A DNA stretch of 58,988 bases, the filler included, from Dugesia japonica (taxonomy: Eukaryota), in the NCBI GenBank assembly GCA_001938525.1. It is 6 parts of 6 records of this genome, joined end to end, with 100 filler letters (N's around TTAATTAATTAA, not from the genome) between each part and the next. Parts side by side here need not be neighbours in the genome. Positions count along the whole stretch, not along the records: positions 1 to 8,385 come from MQRL01586326.1; positions 8,486 to 19,733 come from MQRL01557078.1; 4 more parts are not named here. One strand, written 5' to 3'. The translations under genes were made by a program, and so were the position numbers. Below, in pieces: positions 1-13,194 of the stretch. Under the pieces are notes generated by a model. The model saw only the letters and a program-made list of their open reading frames with translations. It had not been told where the DNA came from and made no database searches. Position 1 is the stretch's first letter; each line of letters opens with the position of its first letter.

Positions 1-504
1 AATAATAATAATTGTAAGAATAATAATGATAAATGTAAATTACTTGGAACAAAAATTTCTCATTAAAATCTGCATTGCTAGAATATTTTTTTATCGTTGT
101 ATTCTGGCAATTTCTTTCCAGGTTTTCGAGAAAAAGTCTAAAATTAAAAGTAAATGACCATGTTTAATATTTATTGCTATTGAAGATAGATGAATATTAT
201 AATACTTTTAATCAATTGAAATATAACAATAATAATTTATAACAAAATTAATTGGTCATTTATATTTTCTATTTGGTTGCATAAATTGAGAAAAATGTTT
301 ACCAAAACTCGTTGGAAAATCTGATAATAAGAATTAATGAAAGATGATATTAATATAATTTATATTAATAAATATTTGTATAAGTGTTTTATCTTTGTTT
401 AAGTAATACTTTAAGTAAAAATAACAAAAAAAGTTTATCTTTAGCCTTGAAAATGTAGTGTGAATATTGAAATTATTTCCGACAGAGGAAATGACAGTTA
501 GTTA

Positions 505-570
505 TGGAATATTTATGGAATATTTATGGAATATTTAATGGAATATTTATGGAATATTTAATGGAATATT
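505..570. repeat. Tandem 11-12-bp minisatellite (GGAATATTTAT)n
   Basis: About 6 consecutive copies of ggaatattta(a)t are visible in the sequence. Confidence 0.85.
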
Positions 571-759
571 TTAAAAATCATAATCACAACTATTACTTTT
601 GATTTAAATCTGTTTGTTCTTTTCCAAAGTTTTATTTTTGTAATTATAATAATAATTATTATATATTCTGGATTCATCAATTTGAACTCTGTGTAACATT
701 CAACTTAATCATGATGGTATTTTCAAAATCTTTAGACATATTGTTATATATCGACTAAT

Positions 760-2050
760 GATCCTGTTTGAAAAATGAATCTCGTTTATTTCTTATTTGG
801 TTTCTTATGCAGACATTATTTCCAATATTCCTTGGGCTTTTTGTGGGTTTTATTTGTATTTTTTCTTCTAATTGTTTCGCTATTACCAAAAATAAGGAAA
901 ACATCATCAACATATCTTTTGTAAACAAGAGACTTATTCAAATTAAATAAGTTCAGTTGTTTCTCAAGGTTATTCAATAAAATCAATGCTAATGTAGAAG
1001 CTAAAAGAAAATCCATAGATACTCCATCTAAACAAAAACGAAACATTAGGCGTTGTCAAAGTCAACAATTCGCGAAGGCAGACATATTCATTTCATTATG
1101 ATTACTTAAACTATTTTCTCATAAATAACAACAAAGATCTATTGTTTACAGCAAAGAAACATTAGTGAATAAGCTAGAAACATCAAAGGACACCAAAAAC
1201 TCATCATTATTACTTACAACAGATTTTGAAATAAAATTTACAAACTCAAAACTGTCTGTACATTCAAAACTAGAATTCATTAATGGTTTCAATTTAGAAT
1301 GCGAATATAGATAAATTCAAACTATAAATAAAACTGGTCGCATAGGAACTCCATTTTTTATGATTTTTAAGTAAACCGTAGCGTTTTGCTGGTTGAGTCC
1401 CTTTAGAATGGATACTTTAGAAATATGTCCATTTAAGATTAGATCATTAATCGATTTATTTAAATATTCCTGATCTTTTATTGTTGGTAATTTTCTATTT
1501 TGTCGATCTTTAAAAACTGTGGACCATTTAAAACTGCTTCCATCTTAGCCAATTATTTAAAAACACTAACCCTTTACCTTTGTCAAATTTATAAATTAAA
1601 TTGTATTGTTATATATTTCGACGGATCAACAGTTATCATCAGACAAAATTGAAAAAATTGATTTCATTCAGTCAATATTATTTAAACAAATATTCAAACA
1701 ATTATATTGAATATCATGTCTATAATCATATCTCTTAATTTTTAAAAACTTTTCTCTAATAATTTATTTTTATTCTAATAAAATATATTTATTCAAAATA
1801 CCCTTGAACACTTTATCATCACTAATATCCTATTTCGAATTCTAATTTATTTACTCCATGATAGTTTTATTTAACTCATTTTTCAAAGTGATAAAATCTA
1901 ATTTTTTATTCAAATAATGAGACCTATTTAAATAATAACGATAAAACGATTCAATACTAGTCTTAAATTTTAAATTATTAAACTTTCTTTTAATACTAGT
2001 TTTTGTGATCATGTTTATAGTAGGAACGTGATAACAGGTTTAGTGTTTCG
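760..2050 (-). mobile_element. Penelope-like element (PLE) reverse transcriptase, degenerate
   Basis: Minus-strand motifs occur in order: RYGL..K.GVPMRPV (~1385-1330), DEFLVSFDVSSLFTNVSL (~1205-1152), DGVSM and YKRYVDDVFLIF (ORF 816-1046). The frame contains stops and frameshifts. Confidence 0.85.
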
Positions 2051-2059
2051 TTTTTGTCC

Positions 2060-2660
2060 TTAACTTATTCGAAATTCATTAATATTTATCAAACATTCAT
2101 TAAAGTTACTGCAAGCAAATGGATATAATAAAAAATTTTTAAATTCATTGACTTCGAAGAAAATTGACAAAATATTGGTTGGTAATAATACTGATTTCGA
2201 TAAAAATATTGAAACTGTATTGAATAATTCTGTACCTGATAACACTTTGTCAAACTGTGTTAAGCAATTTTTTTTATCGATCCCTTATTATGAAGTTTTT
2301 AAAAAGTTTAAGAATTCGATTCTGAAAGTTGCTAAGGATCTTCCTTAATTGGAAATTGCTTATACTTCGCAAAAGAATGTTAATAGCTTCGTTATAAAAA
2401 TTTCATACACCAAATGGTTTGTGTTCTAACCTTGATTATCAATTTAAATGTAATAAGTCTGATGAGTTAAACATTTGAGAGACTACCCGTCATTTTTGTA
2501 CAATTGTTCAAGAGCATAATCGTTTTGGCGGTGGTGTAAAATTGCTGAGAATAAAAATAAAAATAAATGTAATTCGAATATTTTAAATTTCAAATTTTAA
2601 AATTTTGTCTAGACTATTTAAAAATTATTGTAGGAGAGTATTTTATGTTGATTAAAAATT
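2060..2660 (+). mobile_element. PLE C-terminal linker and GIY-YIG endonuclease, degenerate
   Basis: FLSIPYYE (ORF 2148-2348) is followed by SNLDYQFKCNKSDELNI*ETTRHFCTIVQEH (~2425-2518), matching the PLE GIY-YIG pattern (V)Y.F.C...YIGET.R....R..EH. Confidence 0.8.
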
Positions 2661-2815
2661 CATTTAAAATAAAAGCTTCGATCAAAATTTATGTTTTTTA
2701 TTGATATTTGATAACATTTCGATATATAAAAGATTTTATTTTAAATGAATTCTGTAAAACAATCAATTATTATGTCCAACAATTATTCTCGCAATAATTC
2801 CAATTGTAAAAATGA
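2660..2815 (+). repeat. PLE-associated dispersed repeat (pLTR-like), copy adjoining the PLE 3' end
   Basis: aaaataaaagcttcgatcaaa ... tatgtccaacaattattctcgcaataatt is shared with copies at ~6520, 34110, 39480, 48530 and 57320. Confidence 0.75.
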
Positions 2816-3249
2816 CAAAGAATTGATGAAAACTTTTTAGATTTAAAAATTTATAAATATTTGACCTTTATATAATTTTTATGTTTTTTTATAGGTTTTT
2901 ATAAGTTTCTTATTTTTATATGTTCGTAATTTTTAAAATAATCTGATCATTTTACTATTTTAAAGGTTTTTAAAAAATTTGAAAACATTTGAATAACGTT
3001 TAAAAAATATTATTATTTAAAAAATTTTTATTTGAATAAAAACATTTTTATTAGATATTAAAGATCTGTGGGTGAAAACCTAGACGCATTATCTACTATT
3101 AATACTTCTTATTAGAATAGTGATGCATTTATTAGTCTAGTTTCTCGAATAATTCAAGAATAATTCACGACTAATTCAAACACATTTACTATATTCACTC
3201 AACCGGTAACTTTTTATTTTGTTTTTACTCCCGGTTTTTCTGTCAATAA

Positions 3250-3960
3250 AGAATTATCAAAATTATCCAATGTGATAAGTATTTATTAGTACAAGAGAAT
3301 AACATGCCGACCATTTCTTCATAATTTACAGATTTGAAATTAGTGGTGGTTAGAAATAATGAGGATTTCCAACAAAAAGTATTGCTTTATAAGCTTTGCG
3401 TCTAATTTCTTTATTTTTATCTACGAGAATTGCTAAAATAAGAAAAGTAGACATTATTTTAATGTCCAACTAGAATTCCATACGTGTCAGTTTTAATATA
3501 AATCAAGAGAACTTTTAAGAGGTTTGAATATTATCCATCTACTTACTGAACCTACTTTTTAATGAAACGTAAGCCCGCGACTGTTAGTTCGTTATCAAAC
3601 TTTGAGTTACAGTGAAGTAACGTACCAAATACTTATTTTCTATGGTTGGCTGAAACAGACCAATATGCAATTCATTCAAATATTTTCGAGAAATACAAAC
3701 CCTGAGGCAAACTATTTTCATGTCTGACAAAATCAATAATTTATAATTTATAGCATTCTAATTAAACTGACAAAGATGTCGTTCTCGGATGTTGATCCAT
3801 CAACTGTGAATAAATTATGTTACGCGGAAATTCTTAAAGATACAAAGTACATAATAACCATTAAAATAGCTTTTTGGAATCGATTTCCAGTACTCAATAA
3901 CTCAGTCATGGATTAATAGGAATATTATTCAGGCTTATATTATTTGGTGAGGAAAACTCA
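3250..3960 (-). pseudogene. Possible Polinton minor capsid (penton) remnant
   Basis: Frameshifted minus-strand fragments LIYIKTD..ILVG, VGNPHYF and NGRHV..LITLD resemble the Polinton penton C-terminus. It is co-oriented with, and downstream of, the pPolB remnant. Confidence 0.35.
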
Positions 3961-4499
3961 ATGACCTTTGAAAAGAAAGCTGTAGTAGACAGATAATGGT
4001 GCACTGAAACACCCCTTCTAGTGACGCAATACTGTATGTATTCCAGAAAACTTTGTGTTTTTAGAAATTTATTATGGAATGATGTATATTTTTGGGAAAT
4101 TATTACGTTGTATTGTATAGTTTTCGGATTTTCTTACGTAAAAATGTATATGTTTCACTTTTTTACGAAATTATTACGTAATACATAATGTGTTTTAGAA
4201 AACCTGGATATGTTCCAATGTGCATGATGTTATATTTTTAAAAATCGTGGTAATGCTCATTTTGTTTAAATAATAAGAAACCAAACTTCTGAAAATTCAA
4301 CGGGGATTATTTTTGGTTTTTCCAATATTTTACAAAGAATTATTTTCAGAAGTATCCATTTGATAGATAATTTTACACTGATTCCAAATATGTTAATCTA
4401 AAATCGTCAAACCGTGTACATTGATAAGTTAAATTGATAAACAAGTACTTAATCTTGGAGAGTCTCCTCCAAGGAAATCAACATTAAAATAAAAAAATA

Positions 4500-4530
<31 letters not shown>

Positions 4531-4639
4531 ACTGCATAAAAGATCAAAAATATTTTAATAACTAACATTTATTTAATAAACGATATAGTGATTGGCTGTT
4601 TTCTTTATTATCTTGTTTGGAAATACTCAGTAATAATTA

Positions 4640-6490
4640 ATAATTTCCTATTAATTAATTAATTTCCTTAATAGGAATAGTCTTTAATACAGGTTGACAC
4701 TTGTTATAATGATCGCATGGTAGAATTTTATTTTTTTCTACCCATACTCTTTTATCATGTGTTAGTCAAAGCTATTTTAGGACCGCTAATATTATATATT
4801 TCATGATTACATGTACTTATTCTAATTTAATCAAGTGAAACTTTTTGATTTTTATTATAACAATAAAGATACGACTGATGGTTTATGTCGATACATTTAA
4901 ATGTTGCTCTCTTAGCCTTCATAGAGGTGTTTTACTAAGGAACCTGTAACATTTCGGTCTCAGAAAAATCCATTCGTTATATCTTATAGCTTTGGACCCA
5001 TCTTTAAATTTATCTACAACCATTTGGATTTATCTAACAACTTATCAAGTAACATTAGGCCTAACAATTTTTCTAATTTAATATTTTTAACTTCTAGGAA
5101 ACGGCTGTATGTGTCCCCCGCAACAATACTTATGGAATAATTCTCCTCCTTGCAATATTTCTCTAATTCAATATACTGTAGTTGTTATCACCTAAGCTTA
5201 CACAAATCTAGTAAAGATTGTCCAATATAACTCGGACGATCCAAACAAATAATCTTATTATTAATCTACACAACAATGAAGTCATCGTTAATTTTAAAAG
5301 ATTTCCTAAAGCTCTGTTTTGAAGTATAAGTCATGAGTATCTTAGCAAAATTGCAAAGTCTCAAAAAAATTCTTTTCTTAAGATTTTCAACANNNNNNNN
5401 NNNNNNNNNNNNNNNNNNNNNNNNNNNNNNNNNNNNNNNNNNNNNNNNNNNNNNNNNNNNNNNNNNNNNNTTTCATGTATATAAGCCTTGAATGTAAAAT
5501 CTTGATTGCATTTTATAGCCCTATGAATTTTAGTCATTTCAACTTCTATTTGTAAATACAATTGAACTAACCTCCAATGTATTACATAGGTTTTATAGTG
5601 TGATTTCTTAATAATAATTTTGTTCTTTTTGTACCTGGTATTATTTGTTGTGCAGCAGCAACCGGTAAATCACTTAAGTAGTCATGTAATGTACGAGGTA
5701 TTAACAGATCAGCAGCAACAATATAATTATCTAAATCTAATGTCCTAAAATCAATGTTTAAATGTCCTAAGTTAAGTGTTTCTAAATCAGAATAAACACA
5801 TACAAAGATCTTAAAAAGAATCTTTTGGCTTAAAGCCAACCATAGAGATAATTAATATTTATATACAAAAGCTGAGTATTCTCATCAGAAATTATATGAT
5901 GTTCAATTACAAAGGTAAGACCTCATCTGTTATCACCTTCAAAGAAAGTCTACATATCATTATCGGTCAAAAGCTTAATAGGTTCATCTAGAGTCATTAA
6001 GGCAGAAGCCCAACTCATTCCAAAAAAATTAAGTGGTTCTAAACTATTATGTTCTAAAGGTTTAGATCAAAACATTGAAAGAAATCAGCCAGAAGAAAAA
6101 CATTAAGTATCAAATAGACTATCATATAGTCTAATGGATTCCTACAACCAGAAAATTCCCACATCTCAACAGCTTTCAAGTACATCTCTTCAGTAACTCT
6201 ATCCCAAATTGGTTGCATTACATGAGTTTCATCTAAAACCTCGAAACTTGTAGCNAAATCCTAAAGGAAAATCTCCATAGTATTAATAATTCTACTATCC
6301 TTAAACTCCTCTGTAGTTAATGGCGTTGATTTTATGGTTATAACAGCATAGTCTAATGAATAATTAATGGATTGATAACTATCTATAAACTTTACAGTTA
6401 TATTACCTATATGTGCAGTAAAACTCAAGAATTTTTCACTAGTAGTTGGAATGCAAGAAATATTCCAATCTGAAAATCTACTAAATCCAT
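4640..6490 (-). mobile_element. Polinton/Maverick (adintovirus-like) protein-primed DNA polymerase B, pseudogene
   Basis: Ordered motifs: IPTTSEKFLSF, VKFIDS, LTDNDMYTFFEG, MALSQK, ADLLIPRTLHDYLSDLPVA..KLL, TKIHRAIKCNQ..FKAYI, LDRPSYIGQSLLDLCK, DTYS (DTDS), KFKD, KAK and KIALT..DKR. Many stops and frameshifts are present. Confidence 0.85.
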
Positions 6491-6519
6491 ATTTTTTTTC
6501 AACAGTATTTATTCAATGA

Positions 6520-6670
6520 AATTTTTACAATTGCAATTATTGCGAGAATAATTGTTGGACTTAACCTTTGATGGTTTTTCAGATTTCATTAAAATAAAAG
6601 TATCGGTCAAATTATTTTTGTTTTTGATAATAATTCAAATTTTTCGACTTAGTCTTCGTCAGGAATTGAC
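6520..6670 (-). repeat. PLE pLTR-like repeat copy
   Basis: Reverse complement of the conserved tail (caattattgcgagaataattgttggac) plus a hammerhead core. Confidence 0.75.
6632..6667 (-). ncRNA. Minimal type I hammerhead ribozyme motif
   Basis: The minus strand reads AAUUC CUGACGA A GAC UAA GUC GAAA AAUUU GAAUU. The core CUGANGA/GAAA, stem II GAC/GUC and stem I AAUUC/GAAUU are present. Confidence 0.65.
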
Positions 6671-7220
6671 TTTTTAAAATTTTCGAAATTCTTTTCATTC
6701 AAATCTTTTAACTACTTTTATAAATTATAAAAATACATTAAATAATAATTTTTTAAAAACAAAATATCCAATATAAATTATTAAGAATCATGTAAAAAAT
6801 TTTAATAAACATTAAAATATTTTCATCAAAGATTTTTACTTTTATGGAAATTGAAAAATAATTGATTTTGTAAAATGAGCAATAAAAATTAATTTTGATA
6901 AAATAAAAAAACTTTTTCAATAGAAATAAAATAAAATACGAATTTTTTTTTGTTTAAAATGCCGATATGAAGACAGAGAAGTTTCATTCCTATTATTATA
7001 ACTCATTACTATTATATTTGTATCCGCTTTATTGGCATTATCAACGATGCGACAATAAAGGATGCATTATTTCTTTTATTGTTTTATCTATTTCAACTTT
7101 TGGTTATTTTTTTTAAATCAGATTTTAAAAAAATTAAAAAGCTTGTTTTTGTTTTGTTGATTCATTTTTTTATTCATTTTAATTTTATTTTTTAAAAAGA
7201 ATTTAATCCAAAAAAAAATT

Positions 7221-7490
7221 AAATATTTTCAAAATTACGAAAATAAACGAAGGCGTAGATCAAAAATGTTTCAAAAAAAATGTTTCTTTTTACAATTCCT
7301 GAAGAAGATAAAATCAAAAATTTTGAAAAAAACAAATAAATAAAAAACGTTTTTTGAAAATGTTTTTGTTATTTTAATAAAAATTTTAAAAAGAAACATT
7401 TTTTTGAAAATTTTTTGATCTACGCCTTGGTTTATTTTCGTAATTTTGAAAATATTTCATTTTTTTCCTTTCACAGATCAATGGTTAAAA
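7221..7490. repeat. Inverted repeat (~77-bp arms) enclosing a degenerate hammerhead core; diverged member of the PLE repeat family
   Basis: 7221-7297 is the reverse complement of 7382-7457. The loop contains cctgaagaagataaaatcaaaa, and gatcaatggtta follows as in the other copies. Confidence 0.7.
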
Positions 7491-7689
7491 ATTTTAAAAA
7501 AGTGAATAATTTACACAAAGTATAATTTTCACAATAAACAAAATAATTTAATCCATTTCTAAATTAATGAAAATTTGGATATTAATATTAATTTTATTAT
7601 TATTAATTATGATATTGAAATTTATACTTTGACAGTATCTCTTTTCAATGATTATTCTTTTTAATTTGAAATTTTTAACTTCAAAGATG

Positions 7690-8385
7690 ACAGTGAAATA
7701 CGAAATTTTGGTAATTTTATGACAGTATTGGAAGTGAAAGATGTCTGCTTTTGAAGCCGCCCGTTTTATCGTAGACGTTGAAGGCTTGGATGAGATTAAA
7801 GAAAGCTCAGTAGAACAGTAGTTCTTCAAGTTTAACAATGCTGACACCAGCCTTAAATGTGAACCAGGCGTCCATAGACCGTTATCATTATAAAAACGCG
7901 CCGGTTGAAGTAAGTCAAATTCGATCCATCTTTTTCTGGATTTCAATTGCCAGGTAGACGTAGCTATCCATCACCATCTTTGCACAATTGGTAAACAATC
8001 TAGTGCTCCTAGAATGAATCCTTATAAGCTGATGAAAGTTCAAGCGATCAAACCGCTTCAAATTTGTAAATTATTGTGTAATAACTTATTGGACTAACGG
8101 TTTTTAAAGGCATTGTTGTAATGGACAAAAAAAATGGTATTGTTAAACAATCCCGACAAAAATGGCAGTAACTATTCCCAAATGAATTACCTATTTTTAT
8201 TCTAAAATCTTCCAGTTTGGAAAAAAAGGTCATGATTTTCGTTTTTTGGATATGTTATAGCATGTTGATTATTTGAACTTCTGTCCAATGGTCAAAGTTT
8301 CTGATATTTCCTCAACAGAATTAAAAAGACCTCAAAAGGTTATAGAAGGAAATATTTTCAGTTAATCAACCGAAATACATTTTTG
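7690..8385 (+). mobile_element. Mariner transposase remnant (N-terminal HTH and start of the DDD domain)
   Basis: AARFIVDVEG..SVEQ*FFKFNNADTSLKCEPGVHRP, IHHHLCTIGK..PYKL, IVVMDKK(W) and KKVMI match mariner motifs. Confidence 0.75.
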
Positions 8386-8485
8386 NNNNNNNNNNNNNNN
8401 NNNNNNNNNNNNNNNNNNNNNNNNNNNNNTTAATTAATTAANNNNNNNNNNNNNNNNNNNNNNNNNNNNNNNNNNNNNNNNNNNN
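8386..8485. other. Artificial scaffold linker (44N + TTAATTAATTAA + 44N)
   Basis: An identical 100-bp structure with a six-frame-stop core occurs five times in the window. Confidence 0.95.
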
Positions 8486-8619
8486 ACAGATAAACTTTTA
8501 AATAATGAACAGCAAAATTAAAAATAACCCTTGTTCATTATATAACTTTAGGGGAAGAAATTATTTTTTTTTGGTTACTTTAATAACCAATAATAATAAA
8601 ATATATGATATAACAAAAT

Positions 8620-8900
8620 TAGACTAAAATCAACCAAGATTTTCAGAGCCACACAACTGCATCGTAAATACGTGCATTTTTTAACAATAGGTCCTGTGTC
8701 AATTTTCCTTAATTATTCAGTTGAAACGACACAAATCGTATTAAAAATCTCTTATATCTATCTTTAACTGATTTTGTGATAACTTGGTCTAATGGTTGAA
8801 TAAAATAAGATATATTTGGTTGGAATAAAAATAATTCAACATTTGCCAAGGAGCATTATCTAATAACAATTAAATTTTCCTTTGTTCGGCTTCTATATAG
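8620..8900 (-). mobile_element. pogo/Tigger DDE transposase remnant
   Basis: Minus strand reads LLDNAPW and NVELFLFQPNISYFIQPLDQVITKSVKDRYKR (DDE_1 QPLDQ motif). Confidence 0.75.
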
Positions 8901-9359
8901 AAATATGTGATATCTAAACAAGAAAATGAATTGTGTATGAAATTGCGTATGAACTGAAAAGAAAAAAATCACTATCATACAACACGGCAGATGTCTAATC
9001 TGAAAAAAAGGAGAAAATCACGTCACTCGAACTAACAAACGAAAACCCTCGTGGAATTCACGGTTTTGATCATAATCATCCTTAGTTGCAGGAAATCTCT
9101 CGATTAATTTATCAAGTAAAATATTGCTCATTTTACCTGTTATTTAATATAATTTCTAAACTTAATTTTTGTGTAATAATAAATTATTTTGATTAACATA
9201 AGAAATACAATTTTGATTATATAAAGAACAAGGTGAATTACAAGATTCGACAATCGAATTCGATTCTAGTAGCTTATTAACGTTTAACGACTATAAATTA
9301 TAATTTCCAGTGAGATTGGTTGCAAATATTTCGTCTTGAAACATTGTGGATAAATCCAT

Positions 9360-10720
9360 TTCCACACGCGCATGATCATGATAGCGAGTAGTTTTTCTTT
9401 TTTAATTGTATTTGTAATGATGTGAAAAACAGCTAAACAATTCCAGTATGCCATGAGAATTTTCGAGAATTCACTTTAGAATTTACAATTAATCGATTGC
9501 TGAATTCTATAAATCAATATTGCTGAGTTATTGTGACCGTTGCCCCGATGTGATTCCCGCTGTTATGCCTTAATTCCGATGATGGACATAAAATCTGATA
9601 CTAAAAGTAAATTATTAAGATAGAGCAATGATAAAGTCATACACAAACTTTTTCTCGATAAAGTAATGACTAATCTAACAATCAAAATAGTCTGTTAACG
9701 CCCGGCGGTTATTTATCTCTGCATTACTCATTCGGTAGAATGTTAGTGAAATAGATTTCCTTCACATTATCTTCTGAAACGTCGTAAAATTGTAGCATGT
9801 GCAGAGGCCATACGGATGTTTCACTAATGCCTTTAACATCCAGGATAACCTACTTTGTTAATTGAGGNNNNNNNNNNNNNNNNNNNNNNNNNNNNNNNNN
9901 NNNNNNNNNNNNNNNNNNNNNNNNNNNNNNNNNNNNNNNNNNNNNNNNNNNNNNNNNNNNNNNNNNNNNNNNNNNNNNNNNNNNNNNNNNNNNNNNNNNN
10001 NNNTAAGAGTGATACTATCAACTCCACTGGAGAATGAAAATAAATTTCTTCACAAATATTAACTCTCGCATCAATAAAATCTATCCTAGTGTGATAGTAC
10101 CATCAATAAGTTTATTATTAATAATATTATTCTCGTTGTAACCATTATCACTGTCGTTAAACTTTATTTTTTCATTCACCAGTATCACCAATAATATCAT
10201 CGTTACTAATATTAATTCATTAGTAAAACTAGTATTGGACCTTTAGAGTTGCAAAGAACTTATAACATTAATATTATTTTTTATTACCATGCAGAGGTAT
10301 TATTTTAGCAGGAACCTCAACGCCATCGGGGGAATTATTGTCATTATGACTGACAATGATCAATTGAATTTAATTTCTATTTTTGTCATCAAGAGTATTG
10401 TGATGTTAATTTTAGTAGAGGGATGTTAATTTTGACCCCCCTTATTTCTAAAACCATTACTTCATGAAATATTATTCGGCTTCGATTTGTAAGCAACATT
10501 ATTTTGCTATCGGGAGCTATCAGGTATGTCAATGATTAACATTACATACGACGATGCTCCTCTAATAATTATTATTACAATTAGAATTATTATTCTCGTC
10601 ACTGTCTCNNNNNNNNNNNNNNNNNNNNNNNNNNNNNNNNNNNNNNNNNNNNNNNNNNNNNNNNNNNNNNNNNNNNNNNNNNNNNNNNNNNNNNNNNNNN
10701 NNNNNNNNNNNNATCCCATT
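9360..10720 (-). pseudogene. Degenerate antisense ORF (Asn/Asp-rich N-terminal part plus unrecognised domain), LTR-element associated
   Basis: Long semi-open minus frames (e.g. NDNNSPDGVEVPAKIIPLHG; GISETSVWPLHMLQFYDVSEDNVKEIYF) have higher GC than the flanks. It lies head-to-head with accessory gene copy 1. Confidence 0.35.
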
Positions 10721-10783
10721 TATGTCCTTACTAATTAAACTGTCTAACTCTATTTCACATAATTACCCAAATTATTTAGAATT

Positions 10784-11850
10784 ATGCCTTCGGAGCTGCA
10801 CCAAGCACTGCACTTCATTCGCAAAGAAAGAAAAGCAACAAAATTAAAACAGCTTATAGGCCATTTCTTATTCCACAAATTAGTCGAACATTCGGACGAA
10901 ACGGACTTAAATTGTTTTGTCGAGATGTTCCTAATGAGGTTTGAGTTTGATCTTGACCAAGAAACGTAATTGACAAAATGAATATTTTTTAATAAATTCC
11001 TATATTTGTTGTTTTAAGTGCTATGTTTCATGACTATTTTATAGAAATTAACGGAATCTTTTTGATGCTAAGTAGTAAATGACCAATTGTTATTTTTAGT
11101 GGAATTCAAATGGGAATTCTTATTATATCGACGTACGAACCGAATGGTATTTAAACGGTACACGAACNNATTCGATAGGAATGCCGGAGTTTTCGCAGAT
11201 AGATCTAATTTATCGGCCATGGATGCGAACTACCAGTGACACTGGGATGCCACCGAACGTCAAGCTTTTTACGACTGGACCGGTCCCGACCGTAATCACA
11301 TAACGTTTTCTGCATCACAGTTACAACAACCGATTCGGCCGGCGCCCAGCATCATCATCGCGAGTAGAGGGAAAATACCCCTCACCACCTCCTCCATAAC
11401 ACTCACCCACTTCTCTAGCATTACGAAGATTGATCAGCGACATGTTGTGGATTTTTCGGGAACCATTACCAAATCATAAGCAGGAATTCGAATTAAAAAT
11501 AGCAATCCAATGACGACTATGCCGATTTGCATCGGAAAATGGTATAAAACCCCCCCGAAAATTAGAAGAAAAACACATTTTTATCTTACTTTGACTAAAA
11601 CAGCAACCCGTGTATCAGTANAAATATTTTGGAAAAAGAAGTTATACGAAAATCAAGAAACAATTTGTAAGCTCATTCTTGGCACATCAATTAATAGACG
11701 AAATTTATTCGGCCCTATAGAAAACAATTATTATAATCAACGACAAAGGAAAATTGACAGTAGAAACACTCTCGGCCTTATCATTCAACAATTTATTTTG
11801 AAAACAGAAAATCAAACCCGTTGCAGTTAGTCCTTTTTAAGAGTAAGCAT
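10784..11850 (+). pseudogene. Unknown multi-exon accessory gene of the LTR element, copy 1 (exon A 10784-10965, exon B from 11100)
   Basis: Exon A: FIRKERKATKLKQL..VEHSDETDLNCFVEMF, then GTAATT at 10966. After TTTTTAG at 11099, exon B reads WNSNGNSYYIDVRT/MVFKRYTN.FDRNAGVFADRSN..WDATERQAFYDWTGPDR. A GTAAGCATGTGTT donor-like site lies near 11843. It is paralogous to 13195-14256 and 15373-16140. Confidence 0.6.
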
Positions 11851-11999
11851 GTGTTCTGTTTCATTTATTTCTTTTATATGATTAATATAGTTTTCAAAGA
11901 TAATAAAACTTAATTAGATATAATTTCATGTNATTAATTTCTTTTATTTATCTTTATAGTATTTGTTGGGCATAATGATGTATTTGGAATAACACAGTT

Positions 12000-12600
12000 A
12001 TTACTCTCCCGATGATGTTAAGTTAGATCAAATATCTGCATTTATTTCCAGTATCTGTAATCCAACAGCATTGAGTTTCGACTGACAAGTCATCGCCACA
12101 TAAAACCGCTAATAAGAAACCAGATCGTGATCTCCCAATTAACTCATAAATGAAGTATCATTCTCAGAATAAAAACACCGTTTTATGCCGGAATTATAGT
12201 TTGACAATCACTGTTATCCAGACTGAGAAAGATAGGCTATAGTTACATGCCAACTCGGGTTAGGAGAGAATCCAATCCCTCGCCGCACACAGAATTAGAT
12301 CATGCACACACATCTGTGAGCGTAATTCTCTAGATGAATAGTCAACTTTTCTTGTAATCATTNTGTCGCGAATTCATCAGAGTTAATTATCAAATGTTGT
12401 TCATTATTAGTTGACTGATAAGATGTGCACAAATCCAACTCGTACACAAAGTTATTAAATTTATTGCTAAATACTTACACGATATAAATTGCTGCTTGCA
12501 AAATATTCTTATTATTACTGATTAAAGATAGTACACGGGAGATCTGCATTCATACCACGAACATCCGTATGAATATTAAGAATCAAGAATATAGTTATGA
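12000..12600 (-). pseudogene. Degenerate antisense ORF with a Cys-rich N-terminus, upstream of the LTR promoter module
   Basis: Minus strand reads YGCSWYECRSPVYYL..FCKQQF and continues in semi-open frames with scattered stops. Confidence 0.3.
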
Positions 12601-12754
12601 TAATTTGTAAAATAAATGAGTATTATTAGTAATGCTGATTTAAATTCATAAATATAAATAAAACTTTGTAAATATCGGTTTAATTAATCGAAACTGCCGA
12701 TTTAAATTCACAATGATTTTATAAAACTTTGTAAACAATTATTTCATTAGTAGT

Positions 12755-13140
12755 TATGTGAATGTGTGTATCCTGTAGAAAATCAGTATAAATACTGATC
12801 ATTTTAGTTAAAAAATCAGACTTTTTAATTGAGAAAACCTCTCCCTTTGAGTGGCTTACCTTCTTTAAATAAAATCTTGCCTATAAGTCTTAAGGTTACT
12901 GTTATTTGTTATACATCAAAAATAAAAGTATTGNNNNNNNNNNNNNNNNNNNNNNNNNNNNNNNNNNNNNNNNNNNNNNNNNNCATCAAAAATAAAAGTA
13001 TTGAAAAGGTATATCTTCATTTATTTATATAAGAGACAACATACATATATTACACTAATTATACTTTTGATTAATAATATACTTTATATAGTATTTGTAC
13101 TTACATACGAAATTAACACACCTCTATAACAACAAAGAAA
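12755..13140 (+). promoter_or_regulatory. LTR promoter/R-U5-like module, copy 1
   Basis: CAGTATAAATACTGA (TATA) is followed by cagactt, tttgagtggc, aaaataaa and aaggtatat in the same order as at 16845-17216. Confidence 0.6.
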
Positions 13141-13194
13141 TTAAATAAATTTTNNNNNNNNNNNNNNNNNNNNNNNNNNNNNNNNNNNNAACAG

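Noticed and set aside
7548-7946. 132-aa minus-strand ORF
   Set aside because: It is the antisense shadow of the plus-strand mariner remnant.
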